Shown piece after piece: positions 1 to 14,204 of a stretch of DNA of 64,000 nt (its first letter is position 1; each line of letters starts with the position of its first letter). The position numbers and the translations under genes are program-made. This stretch comes from Botryllus schlosseri (taxonomy: Eukaryota). The DNA is taken from the NCBI GenBank assembly GCA_051294905.1, contig CM119372.1, positions 20,338,001-20,402,000 of the forward strand, written 5' to 3'. A model generated the notes under the pieces. The model was not told the origin of the DNA. It made no database searches and saw nothing but the letters and a program-made list of their open reading frames with translations.

Positions 1-240
1 AGTACGGTGCTCGAAATGATTGCGATCAGTCTTTCAGTCACGATGCATGGATGTCGCTACTCCCACATAACGACTCCAGATAAATATCGTGAACAGTGAT
101 TCTGCAAATCTCGACTGATACTGTGACCCAATAAGGTGTGGTTCTGTGGAATGAAGACTGCAATCGTACACCACAATAGAACACTACCTCGTGATTTCAC
201 ACGTAATCATAAAACACACCTTCGTAAGGACCCAGTTCGT

Positions 241-478
241 CCGGCGACATTTCGAAACGACCATCGCCACAAGAGATCGGGGTTTCAGTTTGTCATATCG
301 GTAACATTTTGAAACGGTATCGCGCAAAGTTATTGACGTCGATTCAGTTGGTCATATCGGTGATATTTTGAAACGGCGTCACCACAAGGCTATTGACGTC
401 GCTCTCAGTTAGCTGTATCGGTAGCATTTTGAAATTTTCATCACCACAAGACTATTGACATCGATTCAGTTGGTCATG
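241..478. repeat. Tandem repeat, ~60-bp unit, about 4 diverged copies, directly upstream of the orphan ORF
   Basis: Recurring GTCATATCGGT(A/G)A(C/T)ATTTTGAAAC...TATTGACGTCGATTCAGTTG-like units starting at ~292, 351, 412 and 473. Confidence 0.8.
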
Positions 479-757
479 TCAATCCGTTTCACAATCTGTC
501 GTTTTTCAAGTCCCAGCACCATAGTGTTACGACACAGACAAGAAGCGTCGGTGGAAATAATAAAACACGGAAGGCACACTTTGGTGTTATTTGACATGGG
601 TTTTACACCAGACGAACCTCACATTCAAGCGATGTATTTGAATGACGATTGTATTATTGATGTCCAGGCAAAAGAAATGTATCGATTAATTGGTTTCGTA
701 CATATCCAACAAAAACCAGGGTATATGATTGTGCATGGTTCGCATATTCGAGTGTGA
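476..757 (+). CDS. 93-aa orphan protein of Polinton-type element copy A (unknown function)
   Basis: ATG at 476, in-frame TAG upstream at 422. Gapless alignment to ORF 18727-19002(-) gives 50/91 identities by manual count, with many synonymous third-position changes. Confidence 0.65.
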   Translation: MSIRFTICRFSSPSTIVLRHRQEASVEIIKHGRHTLVLFDMGFTPDEPHIQAMYLNDDCIIDVQAKEMYRLIGFVHIQQKPGYMIVHGSHIRV

Positions 758-1574
758 ACGCTCTATTGATATATAGTTCACTTTCACCATCGTGCGAATA
801 ACCCATGTTACGGTTCCATGTTTGTGTGTCTGTATGTCATGCTTCAGATTGACTCAGAGTCATTGCAATGTGGCTTATTGGTATTGTTATCGGGTGACAT
901 TCGATCTACATCAAAGCTACCGGCTATGATAATGTCTGTGGATCTATGTTTGTATACCAACACATTGCATGCAATGTCACACACCTCCATTTACGCGTAT
1001 ACTGGTGTGGGCAAACAAGCGCGACGTATGTCTGGATGGTATTTTTTCGTGGAAACACAGGGTGTAACATGTTTACTTTGAATATTGTTCATTGGTTTAA
1101 CGATTCACAGTTGATATCCGGATCCGGTTACGTACTTTATCAATTCCGATTTCAAACTGAATGTCGAGACATACATTGACCAATAAAGACACAATATAGT
1201 AAACATGCGGGAGGAAAACTCGACCAGGAATTGTTATCGCGATGGGTGACATAAATCCAACCGTTTTCCGAACACCGTTATCCACATACCAACCGTCGTC
1301 AAGGAGGTGTTTTATTCAGACATTTTGACTCTGGAAAATCCAAAGCACGAACCCGGACATCACAGAACTATCGAAGCCTATTGTCCAATTTTCCAAAACA
1401 TGTATTTCGGTGTACAAGAGCATATTGTATGTGGTTAACCGATGATATTGATGTGATACGACCGATGGAGTATACTCTGAAACCGGTAGTCTGTGTATAT
1501 TTCCGTCACTGTTCGTTGTAATCTATTTCAAACTATCGTCAATACAACAAATACCAAATTGTCAGGTGTGTTTG

Positions 1575-2320
1575 TCAGATTTCAAAATGAAAATGGTTTT
1601 GTTACTCTAGGAAAAGCTAGATGACCAAGAGAAAATGTATTGTTACACTGGGTAAACGTCAGATCCCCAAAGGAAAATGATATTTTTACTCAGGTAAACG
1701 ACGCACCACCAAGTGAAAATGGCTTGTTGCTCAGGAAAAAGGTTTGTTACCCGGGGAAAAAGGTTTGTTGCCCAGAGAAAAAATGTATTTCCAAGTGAAA
1801 ATGGTTTGTTGCTCAGTTAAATGATAGTTTCCAGACGAAGGGGGTTTGTTACCCCAGGAGAAAATGATTAGTTACTCTAGGTAAAAGTATTTTTCCAAGT
1901 GAAAATGTATTGTTACACTGGGTAAACGCCGGATCTCCAAAGGAAAATGATATTTTTACTCGGGTAAACGACGGACCCACAAGTGAAAATGGTTTGTTGC
2001 TCAGGGAAAAAGGTTTGTTACCTGGGGAAAAAATATATTTCCAAGTGAAAAAGGTTTGTTGCCCAGAGAAAAAATATATTTCCAAGTGAAAAAGGTTTGT
2101 TAACCAGAGAAAAAATATATTTCCAAGTGAGAAAGGTTTGTTACCCAGAGAAAAAATATATTTCCAAGTGAAAAAAGGTTTGTTAGCCGAGGAAAAAAAA
2201 ATATTTACAAGTGAAAATGGTTTCTTACTCTGGGTAAACGTCAGATCTCCAAAGGAAAATAATATGTTTAGTCAGGTAAACGATGGACTGGCAAGTGAAA
2301 GTGGTAATTTTACATAGGTA
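1575..2320. repeat. Minisatellite, ~42-bp unit built of ~21-bp halves (CCAAGTGAAAAAGGTTTGTTACCCAGAGAAAAAATATATTT), inside copy A
   Basis: Directly visible periodicity; homologous shorter arrays in both arms of copy B. Confidence 0.9.
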
Positions 2321-5300
2321 AACGTCGTTGGTTCAGTGTCGTTGGTCTTGTTAAACGTTATCGCTTGACGTCGGTATACTATTACGAGTGTGAAAAGGCT
2401 ATGCACGTCTTGTGCGGAGTATCGCGACAGTGAACATATTTTTGGTGTGACGAAACAAGATCGTTGTTTACATGTTAATGCATTTCGATTACCGAGTAGC
2501 TGTACAACAGAGAGGAGTCTACAGTTAGTTCGTGCTGTATGTCCCGACGAAAACCACAAGACCACATGTAAATCTATTAGCACAACTCGATGATGTTGAT
2601 ATAGTGTTACTTGAATTAATTATTACCTATTTACACAACATAAAAATAAAAATTCATGTCGTAGTAAGTTTCTTGAACTCATGCTTGATGAAAACGAATG
2701 GTGACAAGTATGCGTTTGTGTTTGAGTGAAAAAAAAATTATTTAGAGTAGTGACAGTTTGTGACCAACGAATGCAAATCGATCATGATATTACAATATAC
2801 GCTTTCGTCAACATAACGACTTGGTGTAGAAATACTTTCACGTTTTTTGAATAACTGGATTCTCGAGACTTGTTACTTGTACGATCTACCGTTGGTGTGC
2901 AAACTATAACGACCATTTTGTATGATAGTATGTTTTAGTTGTCAGGACAACCATACGATGACTCACCACTTTTCGTTAGCAAAGTAGATTGATTTGTGTG
3001 TAAGATGTAAGCACCGTAACTAGAAAACATATGTACTCTGTTGTTGGAGTAGCTATGATTTATTGTTATGACATGGAGATATCCTGAAGCCTTGGTTTGT
3101 TGTCTTACGAAAGATGAAGCGACCTCGGTGTCGTAAATTGTGTTAACTAAACTCGTCCACAATTTTGCTGGACTTACACATGGTATTCGCATACTGTACA
3201 CATACAAACTTTTGTGTAAACAACTCTGATGTTTCTGTTAGTACTAGTTCTGTGTTGAACTATTTGATTATTAAGATACATGAACAACCATTCAGACAAT
3301 AAAGTTCTTGTGACATCGAAACAGTTTGAAAGTGTCACCAATCATTGCGTATATGTTCGTAGCATGAGCGAATGTTTTCGTGTAACATGAATATATTTCA
3401 TATGTCTTCGGTAAGAAATGGGTTATGTGGGATAATAATTAGTATCGTAAACTTGTTGTGTTTGATTGCATACTTTTTTAACATTGTTTGTTGTTGAAAG
3501 ACGGGCGAGTTTACATTTACATTAAGCAGAGCAACTCAAGTAATAAATTTTACTCGTTTGAAAATCGACAACGGAAAAAATACCGATGAATGGAGTAACA
3601 GTAATAATATGTGTGGTATATTATTTTTAGTGATATGCAATCAATCTTTTAGGCATAACTTGTCAAAAATTTATCATGTCATAGTCGGCTGTTATGAATT
3701 GGAAAGAAATGTACTTCGATTATCACGATGATGGAAATTAAGATCAATGCAGTATTTCGGAAATGGATGTGTATCGTTTGGTGTGGTCCCCAGTCACTAA
3801 ATGTCAGTTAGTTAAACGATACATTTACAAGTTTACCGAAATCTTGATTTACAAATAACAGCTTGATGATGTAAAGCTCAACCACGCAAATGTGTTCATT
3901 GCAAAGTATTTGACACAAACAAAATATCGAATGGAGACTTCGGTTTCATTACCAAGCTAGTGAAAATTGTTTTCTGTTGGCCAGGTAGGACACATTTGAC
4001 AAACATCGTCCACATTGTATCTTCGTGATGGTAACGACTTTCAGTGGCTTGGTTTCATGTCGGGAATTATTATTTGAGGGTTCAAGAACAATTTCAATCA
4101 ATACTACAAATGAACAACAATACAAAACACGTTTAGCAAATAACAGTGTAGCAAGTACTTTTTCGATATTACGAGTGTTGAGCACTGGACACTTCTAGTT
4201 GAATTGGATGCATCTAACAAACATATCACAATTTACTTTTGCAATAATCAAAGTCTTAGAGTGTATAACCTCGCGATATTTTACATTTAGCACGCACAAT
4301 GGGGAGTTACTGAAATGATTAAGAATTGATCGCTAGCTTCGAACGGTACTCGATACTCAAAGTGATATTTTCACACTCTGTAAAGTGCATATGTTTAAAT
4401 TCTCTGTCACAAATTCCGACAATAAATCGTTGGATTCAATAGTAACGATATTGTGATATACTGATTCTACACTTAGTCGTTTCAATTACCCGTTGGGAAT
4501 CGGGATAATAAAGCATTTTGTATCGGATGTTCAATGTATGAATACTGGAATTATTACATCTTTAGTGCTGTTTATCGCAAACGATAGATTTTAATAATTG
4601 TACTGATTGTTGAATGTAATAATACCGATATTGTCGTTTCATCTTTAGTCTTGGTTACTGGAAATATTTTCTGATATCCGCGATACGCAGAGTGATTTTT
4701 ACCAAGGTGGAGTAATTTTCCCATCAAGAACATTTCAGACAAGTATAGTTTTACAGCCAAATATGTTAATAACATTGGTACTGAAAAGTTTGTTGCTGTC
4801 ATAACATTTACCACAACGCGGGGTCTAATTAACGCAAATAATTTAATAATCAAGTCATGATCAACTATTACATATGTCAAATCAATGTGTCAATCCTTAT
4901 GTTTACAGCATGATAACTTCGAATATAACACCAGCGTTCGATTGTAAGAAACTACGTTGGTCAGATATTCAAATCTCGTATACTCAAATGTAATGTGTTA
5001 ATCTCAAGTCACCTGCACCGAGTAGAAATTACTTTTATCTTACAAAATATACCGCATAGTAATTTCTTGGTCTTGCGGCATAGTAACGACTTTTACAGTT
5101 GAACAAAAAAGACGAGTTGGTGGTATATGCCTAAAACCGAACTTGATATGTGGGTGATTGTGGGTTGTGATTGTGGGTTGTAGTGATTACTTGTGTAGTC
5201 TTGTCTACTTTTCGTATGGACACTTTTTGCTTTGGTTCGGTGAGTTACAAACGGATTGACTTGACAAGGTTTTTGTATTTTACTCTTTTGTTGATGGCGA

Positions 5301-6689
5301 GATGTTAAAATGTTGAGATGTCATAGTGATAATATTTCTGAAACTCTCTTTGTCAAACGTAAAGACAGGTCGCGAATAGAGTTGTAATGTTTCATTACTT
5401 GTTTCGAATCAATGTGCGTATAATCTCTAAATATGACTGGGTTGAAAGTTGTTAGTCATGTTTGTCAATCTATTTCAATTCAGACTATGTCAAAGTCCAA
5501 ATATTTCATTTTGGATTATCTGGATTTAACTTTAGAACACCGCGCGAATGGATTCCGACGCCGCGCTATACCATTTTTGATGATAAGGACTCGAGGATTT
5601 TCATGATAGAGTTGACAAGTGATAAGATGCGTGTTTTTGTTAAGAGGTTGATTTCAAGTTAATAAAGACAATAACTGTATAATGCGCATACTTGTGATTC
5701 CTGATTCTTGTAGAATTATAGTTGGTATTGATTCTATAGATGTGAAAACGGTGCGAAGTGTCAAAACATATAGCGATCGCGTGCAAGTGACAAATTGTTG
5801 GTTTTCGAATCACGGTCTGTGCTGGTACTGGTATTCATTACTTATTACTTGATAGCAACAACCATCGACATATTACACTGTAGCGACTGGGATGTATGTA
5901 ATGGCAAGACGCGAGAAATGGCTATGTCTTTGGTGTTATCTTGTGAGCGATCGGGGGATTTGTAACCTATTTCACACCTTTTTGAAGTGTTGGTTTGTGA
6001 ACGCGGCTATTGTTGATATTCGAATCACCGTCTACGCCGGCTCTGGGACAAACTAATTACCAAAACATTACCATATGCCAGATTTAGCAAACTATCCCAC
6101 ACCTTTTCGAACTGTTAGTTTGTGAGCGGGGTTATTGCTGATATTCGAATCACCGTCTACGCCGGCTCTGTGGTAAACTAATTACCGAAATATTACGTTG
6201 TCAACGATCGGCATGTATGTAACAGCGAGTCGCGAGCGATGGTTATGTCTTAGGTATTATCTTGTGAGCGGTCGCGGGATTTTACCAATATTTCACACCT
6301 TTTTGAATAAGCGTTCACTTCACAAAGGATTAGGGTTAGAGCGGAAATAAGTGGCAATTTGTCGCTATTCAAGTTACCGACACTGGCGGTCTGTTATTCG
6401 TTACATATTAAATCTTACGACTGAAATCAAGCTCTGTCCCAAACTGCTTACGAAAATTTCACCGCGTGAGTGATCGATATGCCTGTAACATCAAGTCGCG
6501 TATGTCTGAGACATTATCTTGTCAGCGATCGCAGGGTTTGCAAACTATTTCACACCTATTTGGAGTGTTAATATGTGAACGCGGCTATTGTTGGTATTGG
6601 AATCGCCGTCTACGCCGGCTCCGTGGTAAACTAATTACCAAGCGACTGATTCCTAGATTTAGCAAACTATTTCACACCCTTTTTGGTGA

Positions 6690-7140
6690 AAGTACGACAT
6701 ACCGCTAGCATTCTATCAACGAAAGTACGAATCATCGCCGCACCCATAAGAATAACGATATATCGAAGTCGCATTCACCGCAAACGTTGGGATTAACTCG
6801 AATCGGTCATATTTAATAATTTGTAATATACACATTAACTAAGAATCAATCACGTGACTATTTACTATTCCTGATACCTATTCAACGCCGTGCGAGATAT
6901 GCCTGAAAGTGCGAATCACGACCACGAGTTCTCATTACGATTCACCGCCGCAGCCTATACCTGAAAGTACGAGTCACGACCCCGAGTTTTCAATACGAGT
7001 CACCGCCGCAGCCTATACCCGAAAGTACGAATCACGACCGCACCCATAAGAACCCATTACGAGTCACCACCACAAGGGGGGTCTGAAAGTACGAGTCACC
7101 ACCCCCGGTTTTCAATACGAGTCACCACCCCGCCATAAGA
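6690..7140. repeat. Subterminal direct repeats (GAAAGTACGA(A/G)TCAC... motif) of copy A
   Basis: GAAAGT(A/G)CGA recurs at ~6689, 6721, 6905, 6963, 7021, 7085, just inside the ACTACT end. Confidence 0.75.
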
Positions 7141-7436
7141 ACCCCTGCCACCTCACGACCGATCTACATAACTACTATTGTTACATCACAAATATTTTGA
7201 CCGCAAACGAAACGATCACAGTTGACGATGTCGTACCAGTAGCAGATTAATCTAATAGCAATGTGTCTAAGTTTCTTAGACGACTCAATACTTACGTTGC
7301 GCATTGCTCAGTTTTGCCAACCCTCTTGTATGATTTAAATCGAACAAATATAGTCTGTGCGTTTATATTCTTACGGATGTGTAGATGGGTAGTGTAGTCC
7401 AGTGCTCTTCAACCGGGGTTTTCGTACACCCTAGGG

Positions 7437-8396
7437 CAGTGGTTCCCAATCTGTGGTACGCGTACCACTATAGTGGTACGCGAAGGTCTTCCAGGTGGTA
7501 CGCGAGTAGATTCTGTTTTTTTCGACCTAAGGCAGTTAATATTTCAGGTGGGTTTGAACACAAAGATTGTTTTCCGATAAATTTCAGGCTTAGTACGGCC
7601 TCCTCGTACTCGACTCTAGCTTCTCACGCTATTCCCCAGCTGCCAATTTTCCCTTCTACGTGGGAGTGCGAGCAAGGATTTTCATCCCTGACGACTATTA
7701 AGTCGAAGAAACGAAGCCGACTTGTTGCGGCCATGCGACTTTCGATGCGCTGTGAGCAAACATATGCCTCGCATCGACCCTCCCCCTCCCCCTTGATGGG
7801 CGTGAAAGCATCTGAAGGGGGCGAGAAGCTGCAGCCAACTGAAAATTTGTTTCGCGCTCCACGCCATTTATCGTCGTTTCATTGTTTTTGCTTTGTGTAT
7901 AGTCCTAATTGCATATTTTAGAATTCTCTTATCAACTGTCATAACCTTCCATGCCATCAAATTATTCGCTGGGATTGCTAGCATTCTGGTTGCATTTTGT
8001 GATATGACGATTAGGGGGGCGCGAAACTTTTCACCATCATAACAGGAAGCGTGTTTAAAACAGTTTGAGAACCGCTGAGCTAGTGGAAAATAAATAACTG
8101 CAGCCATCGCAATAAATAAATTGACGTTTGTTGTTTGCTGGTATTTAAATATGCTGTTCTTCTTGTTACTGGGGGTGTAAAAACGATTACATGCATCCCA
8201 TCAACCCAGGCTGATAATGCCTAGTTTAATAGCATTTGCTACTACGCCTCGCATAGGCCAAATACGTGATTATGACGTCATAAAGGATGGAAGATTTTTT
8301 GACCGCCGTCGGCGCGCGTAACTTATGTAGGTGGTACGCTAGCACTGCATAAAACCTCGAAATGGTACGTGGGTGAAAAAAGGTTGGGAAACACTG
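7437..8396 (+). mobile_element. hAT-Charlie/Buster deletion derivative with transposase C-terminal remnant
   Basis: TIRs CAGTGGTTCCCAA / TTGGGAAACACTG; perfect 8-bp TSD CCCTAGGG (7429-7436, 8397-8404). Remnant PIFPSTWECEQGFSSLTTIKSKKRSRL (~7640-7725) matches the hAT dimerisation-domain motif. Confidence 0.92.
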
Positions 8397-8999
8397 CCCT
8401 AGGGTGTACCAGAATTTTCAAAGGGTGTACCACTCGGATGGGGTGTACAGGGGTGTACCAGATCCGAAATACGATGGCTAGCTATCACACAGGCAGGTTT
8501 ATGCGTCAGTAGGCCTACAGGTTGACGCACTGGTTAATGAGCAATATGGTAGTGCTCTTCAACCGGGTGTTTCGTACACCCCACGGTGTACCCTTATTTG
8601 TAAAGCGTGTACCACTCGGATCGGGTCTACAGGGGTGTACCAGATCCACATTATGATGAACCGATGATACGATGACTATAGCTATCACATTAAATACGCC
8701 AGTTTATGCTTCAAAACAGATTGACTGGATGCGTAATATAGTACAATGTGATGTCATAAGCAAATGTTTCTAATCATTTAACTTTTGGTAATGGACTTAA
8801 TACTGCCTTTTCGAGTAGAGTAGGGTAGAGTTAAGCATGTGTTCAGCTTGCGATATCTGTCTGATGATTCTCGAGGAAACCACCGCTACAGCACGGACAT
8901 TTTGAATTGGTGCTTCCTGCGGCCAGCTTATGAATAGCGCAGGATACATGAGTAGTTAGTATGATCGCTCGTGACGGGCCATTGGTTCTTATGGATGCA

Positions 9000-9310
9000 C
9001 CCGACCGGTGCCGCGAAACTCGTCCTGAACCGGTGACCCTTTCAGACCCCCCTTCCACCCGACCGGTGCCTGGGTTGGTATAGGCATCTCTCGACCGGTA
9101 ACCCTTTTCGGTATAGGGATCACTCGACCGGTGCCTCGAAACTCGTCTTGAACCGGTAACCCTTTTCGGTATAGGGATCACTCAACCGGTGCCTCGAAAC
9201 TCGTCTTGAACCGGTGACCATTTTCGGTATAGGGATCACTCAACCGGTGCTAGCATAGCCATCTCTCGACCGGTAACACTATTCGGTATAGGGATCACTC
9301 AACCGGTGCC
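9000..9310. repeat. Subterminal ACCGGT-containing tandem repeats (~59-bp unit), mirrored at ~25728-26040
   Basis: Repeated ACCGGT(G/A)...CGGTATAGGGATCACTC(A/G)ACCGGTGC. Confidence 0.85.
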
Positions 9311-12300
9311 GTGGTGGTAATTCGTACTTTCGGGTATAGTCAACTCTCGCGCTGTGTTGAAGAAGTATCAGGAATAGTAAATAGTCACGTGATTGATTCT
9401 TAGTTAATGTGTATATTACAAATTATTAAATATGACCGATTCGAGTTAATCCCAACGTTTACGGTGAGTACGACAATGATATATCGTTATTTTTATGGCG
9501 GGGGTGGCATGCGGCTATTGTGTCTTATGGGTGCGGCCGTGAATCGCCCTTTCGGGTATAGGTATCTCTCGCCCGGTGTTGAATATGTATCAAGTAAATA
9601 GTCATGTGATTGGTCCTTAGTTAATGTGTATATTCCAAATTACGGCGAGTACGACAATGATATATCGTTATTCTTATGGACGCGGCGATGATTCGTACTT
9701 TCGGGTATAGACTGCAGGCGGAATGTCGTACTTTCAACAAAAAAGGCGTGAAAATAGTTTGCTAAATCTAGGAATCAGTCGCATGGTAATGTTTGGGTAA
9801 TTAGATTACCACAGTACCGGCGTAGACGGCGATACGAATATCAACAATAACCGCGTTCACAAACTAACACTTCAAATAGGTGTGAAATATATAACGAACC
9901 CCGCAATCGCCCACAAGATAATGTCTCGGACATAACCATCTTTAGTGAGTTAGTGTTACAGGGATATCGATCACTCACGCGGTGAAATTTTCGTAAGCAG
10001 TTTGGCACAGAGCTTGATTTCACTCGTAAGATTTAATAAGTAACGAATAACAGACCGCCAGTGTCGGTAACTTGAATAGCGACAAATTGTCACTTATTTC
10101 CGCTCTAACCCTAATCCTTTGTGAAGTGAACGCTTATTCAAAAGGGTGTGATATCATTTTCAAATCCAACGACCACTCACCGGATAATGCTTCAGACAAT
10201 CCCTCATACCCGCTCACAAGGTAATATTTCGGTAATTAGTTTGTCACAGAACCGGCGTAGACGGTGATCGAAAACCAACAATTTGACGCTTTCTGGTGGT
10301 CGCTATATGTTTTGACACTTCGAACAGTGGCTGAATTTAGTTGCACGCTAAGAATTATGAGAATATTCAATCAATGTGTCAATTTGTCAACTTGAAATGA
10401 AACTTACTACACAACTCAAGTTGATTCGTGTCTGAATGTGTTAATTCGGTACAATTCTGATTATTTTGAGAAATCTTTTGATTCGACCGTAACCCGAATA
10501 TTACTGACGCCGACTTTCAGCCGCATCGAATTATTCGCACATTCCGCGCCGCTGTTTTCACACTTATAGAATCAATACCAACTATAACTCTACAAGAATC
10601 AAGAATCACAAGTATGTGCATTATACAGTTATTGTCTTTATCAACACGAAATCAAACTCGTAACAAAAACACGCAACTAATCATTTGTCAGCTCTAACAT
10701 TATCAAAAAATTCCAGTATTGTTGATTGAAAATCCTCGAGTCCTTGTTATCAAAAAGGTTGTAGTACGGTGTCGGAATCCATTCGCGGGGTGTACAAAAG
10801 CTAAATCCAGATAATCCAAAATGAAATATTTGGACTTTACCATAGTGTGAATTGAAATAGGATTGACAAACATGACTACCAACTTTGATCCAGCCACATT
10901 TCAAGATTATACTTTGAAACAAGTAATGTAACATTACAACTCTATTCACGATCCTGCTTTCCGTTTGTCAAAGAGATATTTTAACATCTTACCATACTCA
11001 AAAGAATTATTCACAACATTAACAATTGTTAAAAATCTAGTTTTCACTTACTTGATTATATCACTGCAACTCATAAATTTGAATTAATTCATCCTGGTTG
11101 TATTCGTATGCTCGGTCTTTTTTATTCAATTGTAAAGGTTGTTACTATTCTGCAGACAAAGTATTTACTAATCGGTGCATATACGATTTGACTTGGACAT
11201 ATTATATTTTGAGTATACGAGATTTGAATGTCTGAACAATAACTGAGAATTAATTTATCACAATTAAATCCGTATATTACAGCGTAAAAGATATTGGGAT
11301 GTCAGCAACTCTTTACGGTCGTAGTTACAACCACATTAACTAATCTACCCAGGCAACTCGTCATGATCATTCCTGAAATCAACACTAACACGACCACTGA
11401 CTTGAGTTAACCGCGAAACAGCATCAAGTTTTAAACCCGCTTACAGCTGACGGATTATTCGAATGCATCGATGGAGAATATTATTGAACTCGTCGGTATT
11501 GTCACTTCAACAAATTACACCGACTGCGAAAGTTAATATCGAATGGTAAGACTTGATCACATATTTGTTGATCACAGACATGACAAAAAAACATTACCGA
11601 GATTTTATAAACTAGTCATATTACTCTACACATCTATCAATATCAAAATGTGAGTCATCCAATTTTTCTACTAAAGTAACATTTCACTTTCGGATTCGGA
11701 TTCGGTATAGTCATACAAATTGTATTAAATCCAACATCAAAACAAAAGGAATTTTTCAGTTTATTGAAATCAAATCATTCGTCTTCGACTTGTGCTTTTT
11801 TTAGATTACCCGCGACAATTCGTTTCGAGTGAGTTGTAACCAAAGTCAAGGTATCTTTGTGTCCACAGATATGGAAGATGAATATAGCTAACACAATCAC
11901 GAATCGACGTTTCAGAGTATTTCACGGGTGTAATAAACTTGTTAGTGTCGCCTATCTCAAAGTACGCACGCGTTCGATTTCCATACCGACTGTTTCGATG
12001 TTTAGGATTCACTTACAATAACCACGGGTGAGGATTTAACATCGATGTCGTTACTGTCGGAATTTGTGACAGAGAATTGAAACATATGCACTTTACAGAG
12101 TATGAAAATATCACTTTGAGTATCGAGTACCGTTCGAAGCTAGCGATCAATTCTTAATCATTTCAGTAACTCCCCATTGTGCGTACTAAATGTAAAATAT
12201 CGCGAGGTTATACACTCTAAGACTTTGATTATTGTAAAAGTAAATTGTGATATGTTTGTTAGATGCATCCAATTCAACTAGAAGTGTCTAGTGCCCAACA

Positions 12301-12516
12301 CTCGTAATATCAAAAAAGTACTTGCTACACTGTTATTCACTAAACGTGTTTTGCATTGTTGTTCATTTCTAGTATTGATTGAAATTGATTTTGAACCCTC
12401 AAATAATAATTCCCGACATGAAACTAAGCCGCCGAAAGTCGTCACCATCACAAAGAAACAATTAGCACGATGATTACTAAATGTGTCCTATAGTTAGGTG
12501 TACTGGAATTATTTGT

Positions 12517-12547
<31 letters not shown>

Positions 12548-14204
12548 GATCAGAGAAATTGGAAATTTTTCCGTTGTCATTCGCTAAAGTAAATGTCATC
12601 ACAATACTCTGTCACTAAAAGACGTTACTTGGACGTGCTTGAATTCTAGACGTAGTTCTGATTTACCCAACACAAGACCCAAGGACAACCCTAGTTTCAG
12701 CCGAACACAGATATCCAAAATATCACACACTTCGCTATTCCTAAAGCACAAACACACGATACAAAATAATACTTGTTGTGTTGTTGCGGCATCATCACTC
12801 AACAATATCACCCTCAATACAAATGATGTTTATATGTAACATGCTATTGATTTGAACCACACCCACCTGACGGAAGAGGATTTACTCAATCTTTACAAAA
12901 TGGATATTGACCAACATCACATCACCGGATTGTATCTGTTTCGTTGGATACGAGTTATGTTAGTTTAACAGTAAACAAATTTCACCCTCTTGGATTATGA
13001 ACTCAATGCGTTAGCAGTCATTCAATATTTTGTTTGTGTCAACTAGTTACTTGGTATGTTACTCCACAACTCTTACAAAAGTACGAAGGATATTAACATC
13101 GCACTAAGTAATTAACTTTACTCGATATTCTCGCATTACGAAACTAGAGAATGGTTGGTTAGACTCTACAAACTGTTTCGATATCACAAGACCTTTATGG
13201 TCTGAATGGGTGTCCATGTGTCTTAAGAACCAAATAGTTCAACACAGCACTAGCACCAACAGAAACATCAGAGTTGTTTACACAAAAGTTTGTATGTGTG
13301 CAGTATGCGAATACCATGTGTAAGTCCAGCACAATTGTGGTATCCATCCGGGTTTAGTTAACACAATTTACGACACCGAGGTCACCTCATCTTTCGTAAG
13401 ACAACAAACCAACCAAGGTTTCAGGATATGTCCATGTCATAGCAATAAATCAGCTACTCCAACAACAGAATACATATGTTTTCTAGTTACGGTGCTTACA
13501 TCTTACACACAAATCAATCTACTTTGCTAACAAAAAGTGCTGGGTCATCAAGTGATTGACCTAACAACAAAACAGCTAAACGTACTATCATACAAAATGG
13601 TCGTTATAGTTTGCACACCAACGGTACATCGTACAAGTAACAAGTCTCGAGAATCCAGTTATTCAAAAACGTGAAAGTATTTCTACACCAAGTCGTTATG
13701 TTGACGAAAGCGTTTATTGTAATATCATGATCGATTTGCATTCGTCGGTCGCAAAATGTCACTACTCTAAATAATTATTTTTCACTCAAACACAAACGCA
13801 TACTTGTCACCATTCGTTTTCATCAAGCACGAGTTCAAGAAACTTACTTACTACGACATGAATTTTTATTTTTATGTTGTGTAAATAGTTAATAATTAAT
13901 TCAAGTAACACTATATCAACATCATCGAGTTGTGCTAATAGATTTACATGTGGTCTCGTGGTTTTCGTCGGGACATACAACACGAACTAACTGTAGACTC
14001 CTCTCTGTTGTACAGCTACTCGGTAATCGAAATGCATTAACATGTAAACAACGATCTTGTTTCGTCACACCAAAAATATGTTCACTGTCGCGATACTCCG
14101 CACAAGACATGCATAGCCTTTTCACACTCGTAATAGTATACCAACGTCAAGCGATAACGTTTAACAAGACCAACGACACTGAACCCGCGACGTTTAACTA
14201 TGTA

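Larger units (their letters stand above)
1..7176 (+). mobile_element. Right part of a Polinton/Maverick-type (apparently non-autonomous) element, copy A; left end lies upstream of the window
   Basis: Ends in ...GATCTACATAACTACT (reverse complement AGTAGTTATGTAGATCGGTCGTGA...), matching the terminus of the element at 8951-26087 (AGTAGTTAGTATGATCGCTCGTGA...). Colinear homology blocks with 19652-26087 throughout. Followed by ATTGTT (predicted 6-bp TSD). Confidence 0.8.

Noticed and set aside
1575..2320. CRISPR-like array
   Set aside because: Units are contiguous degenerate tandem repeats with no unique spacers, no cas genes, and the context is eukaryotic.
2272..5662. Short ORFs recurring in copy A and both arms of copy B
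   Set aside because: Recurrence reflects DNA-level identity. In the block checked (~4028-4198 vs ~22590-22760) changes were mostly non-synonymous, and ORF ends differ between copies.
6325..6345. TTAGGGTTAG motif in the arms (also ~10105 and ~24924) as a telomere seed
   Set aside because: Fewer than two full units; could be chance.
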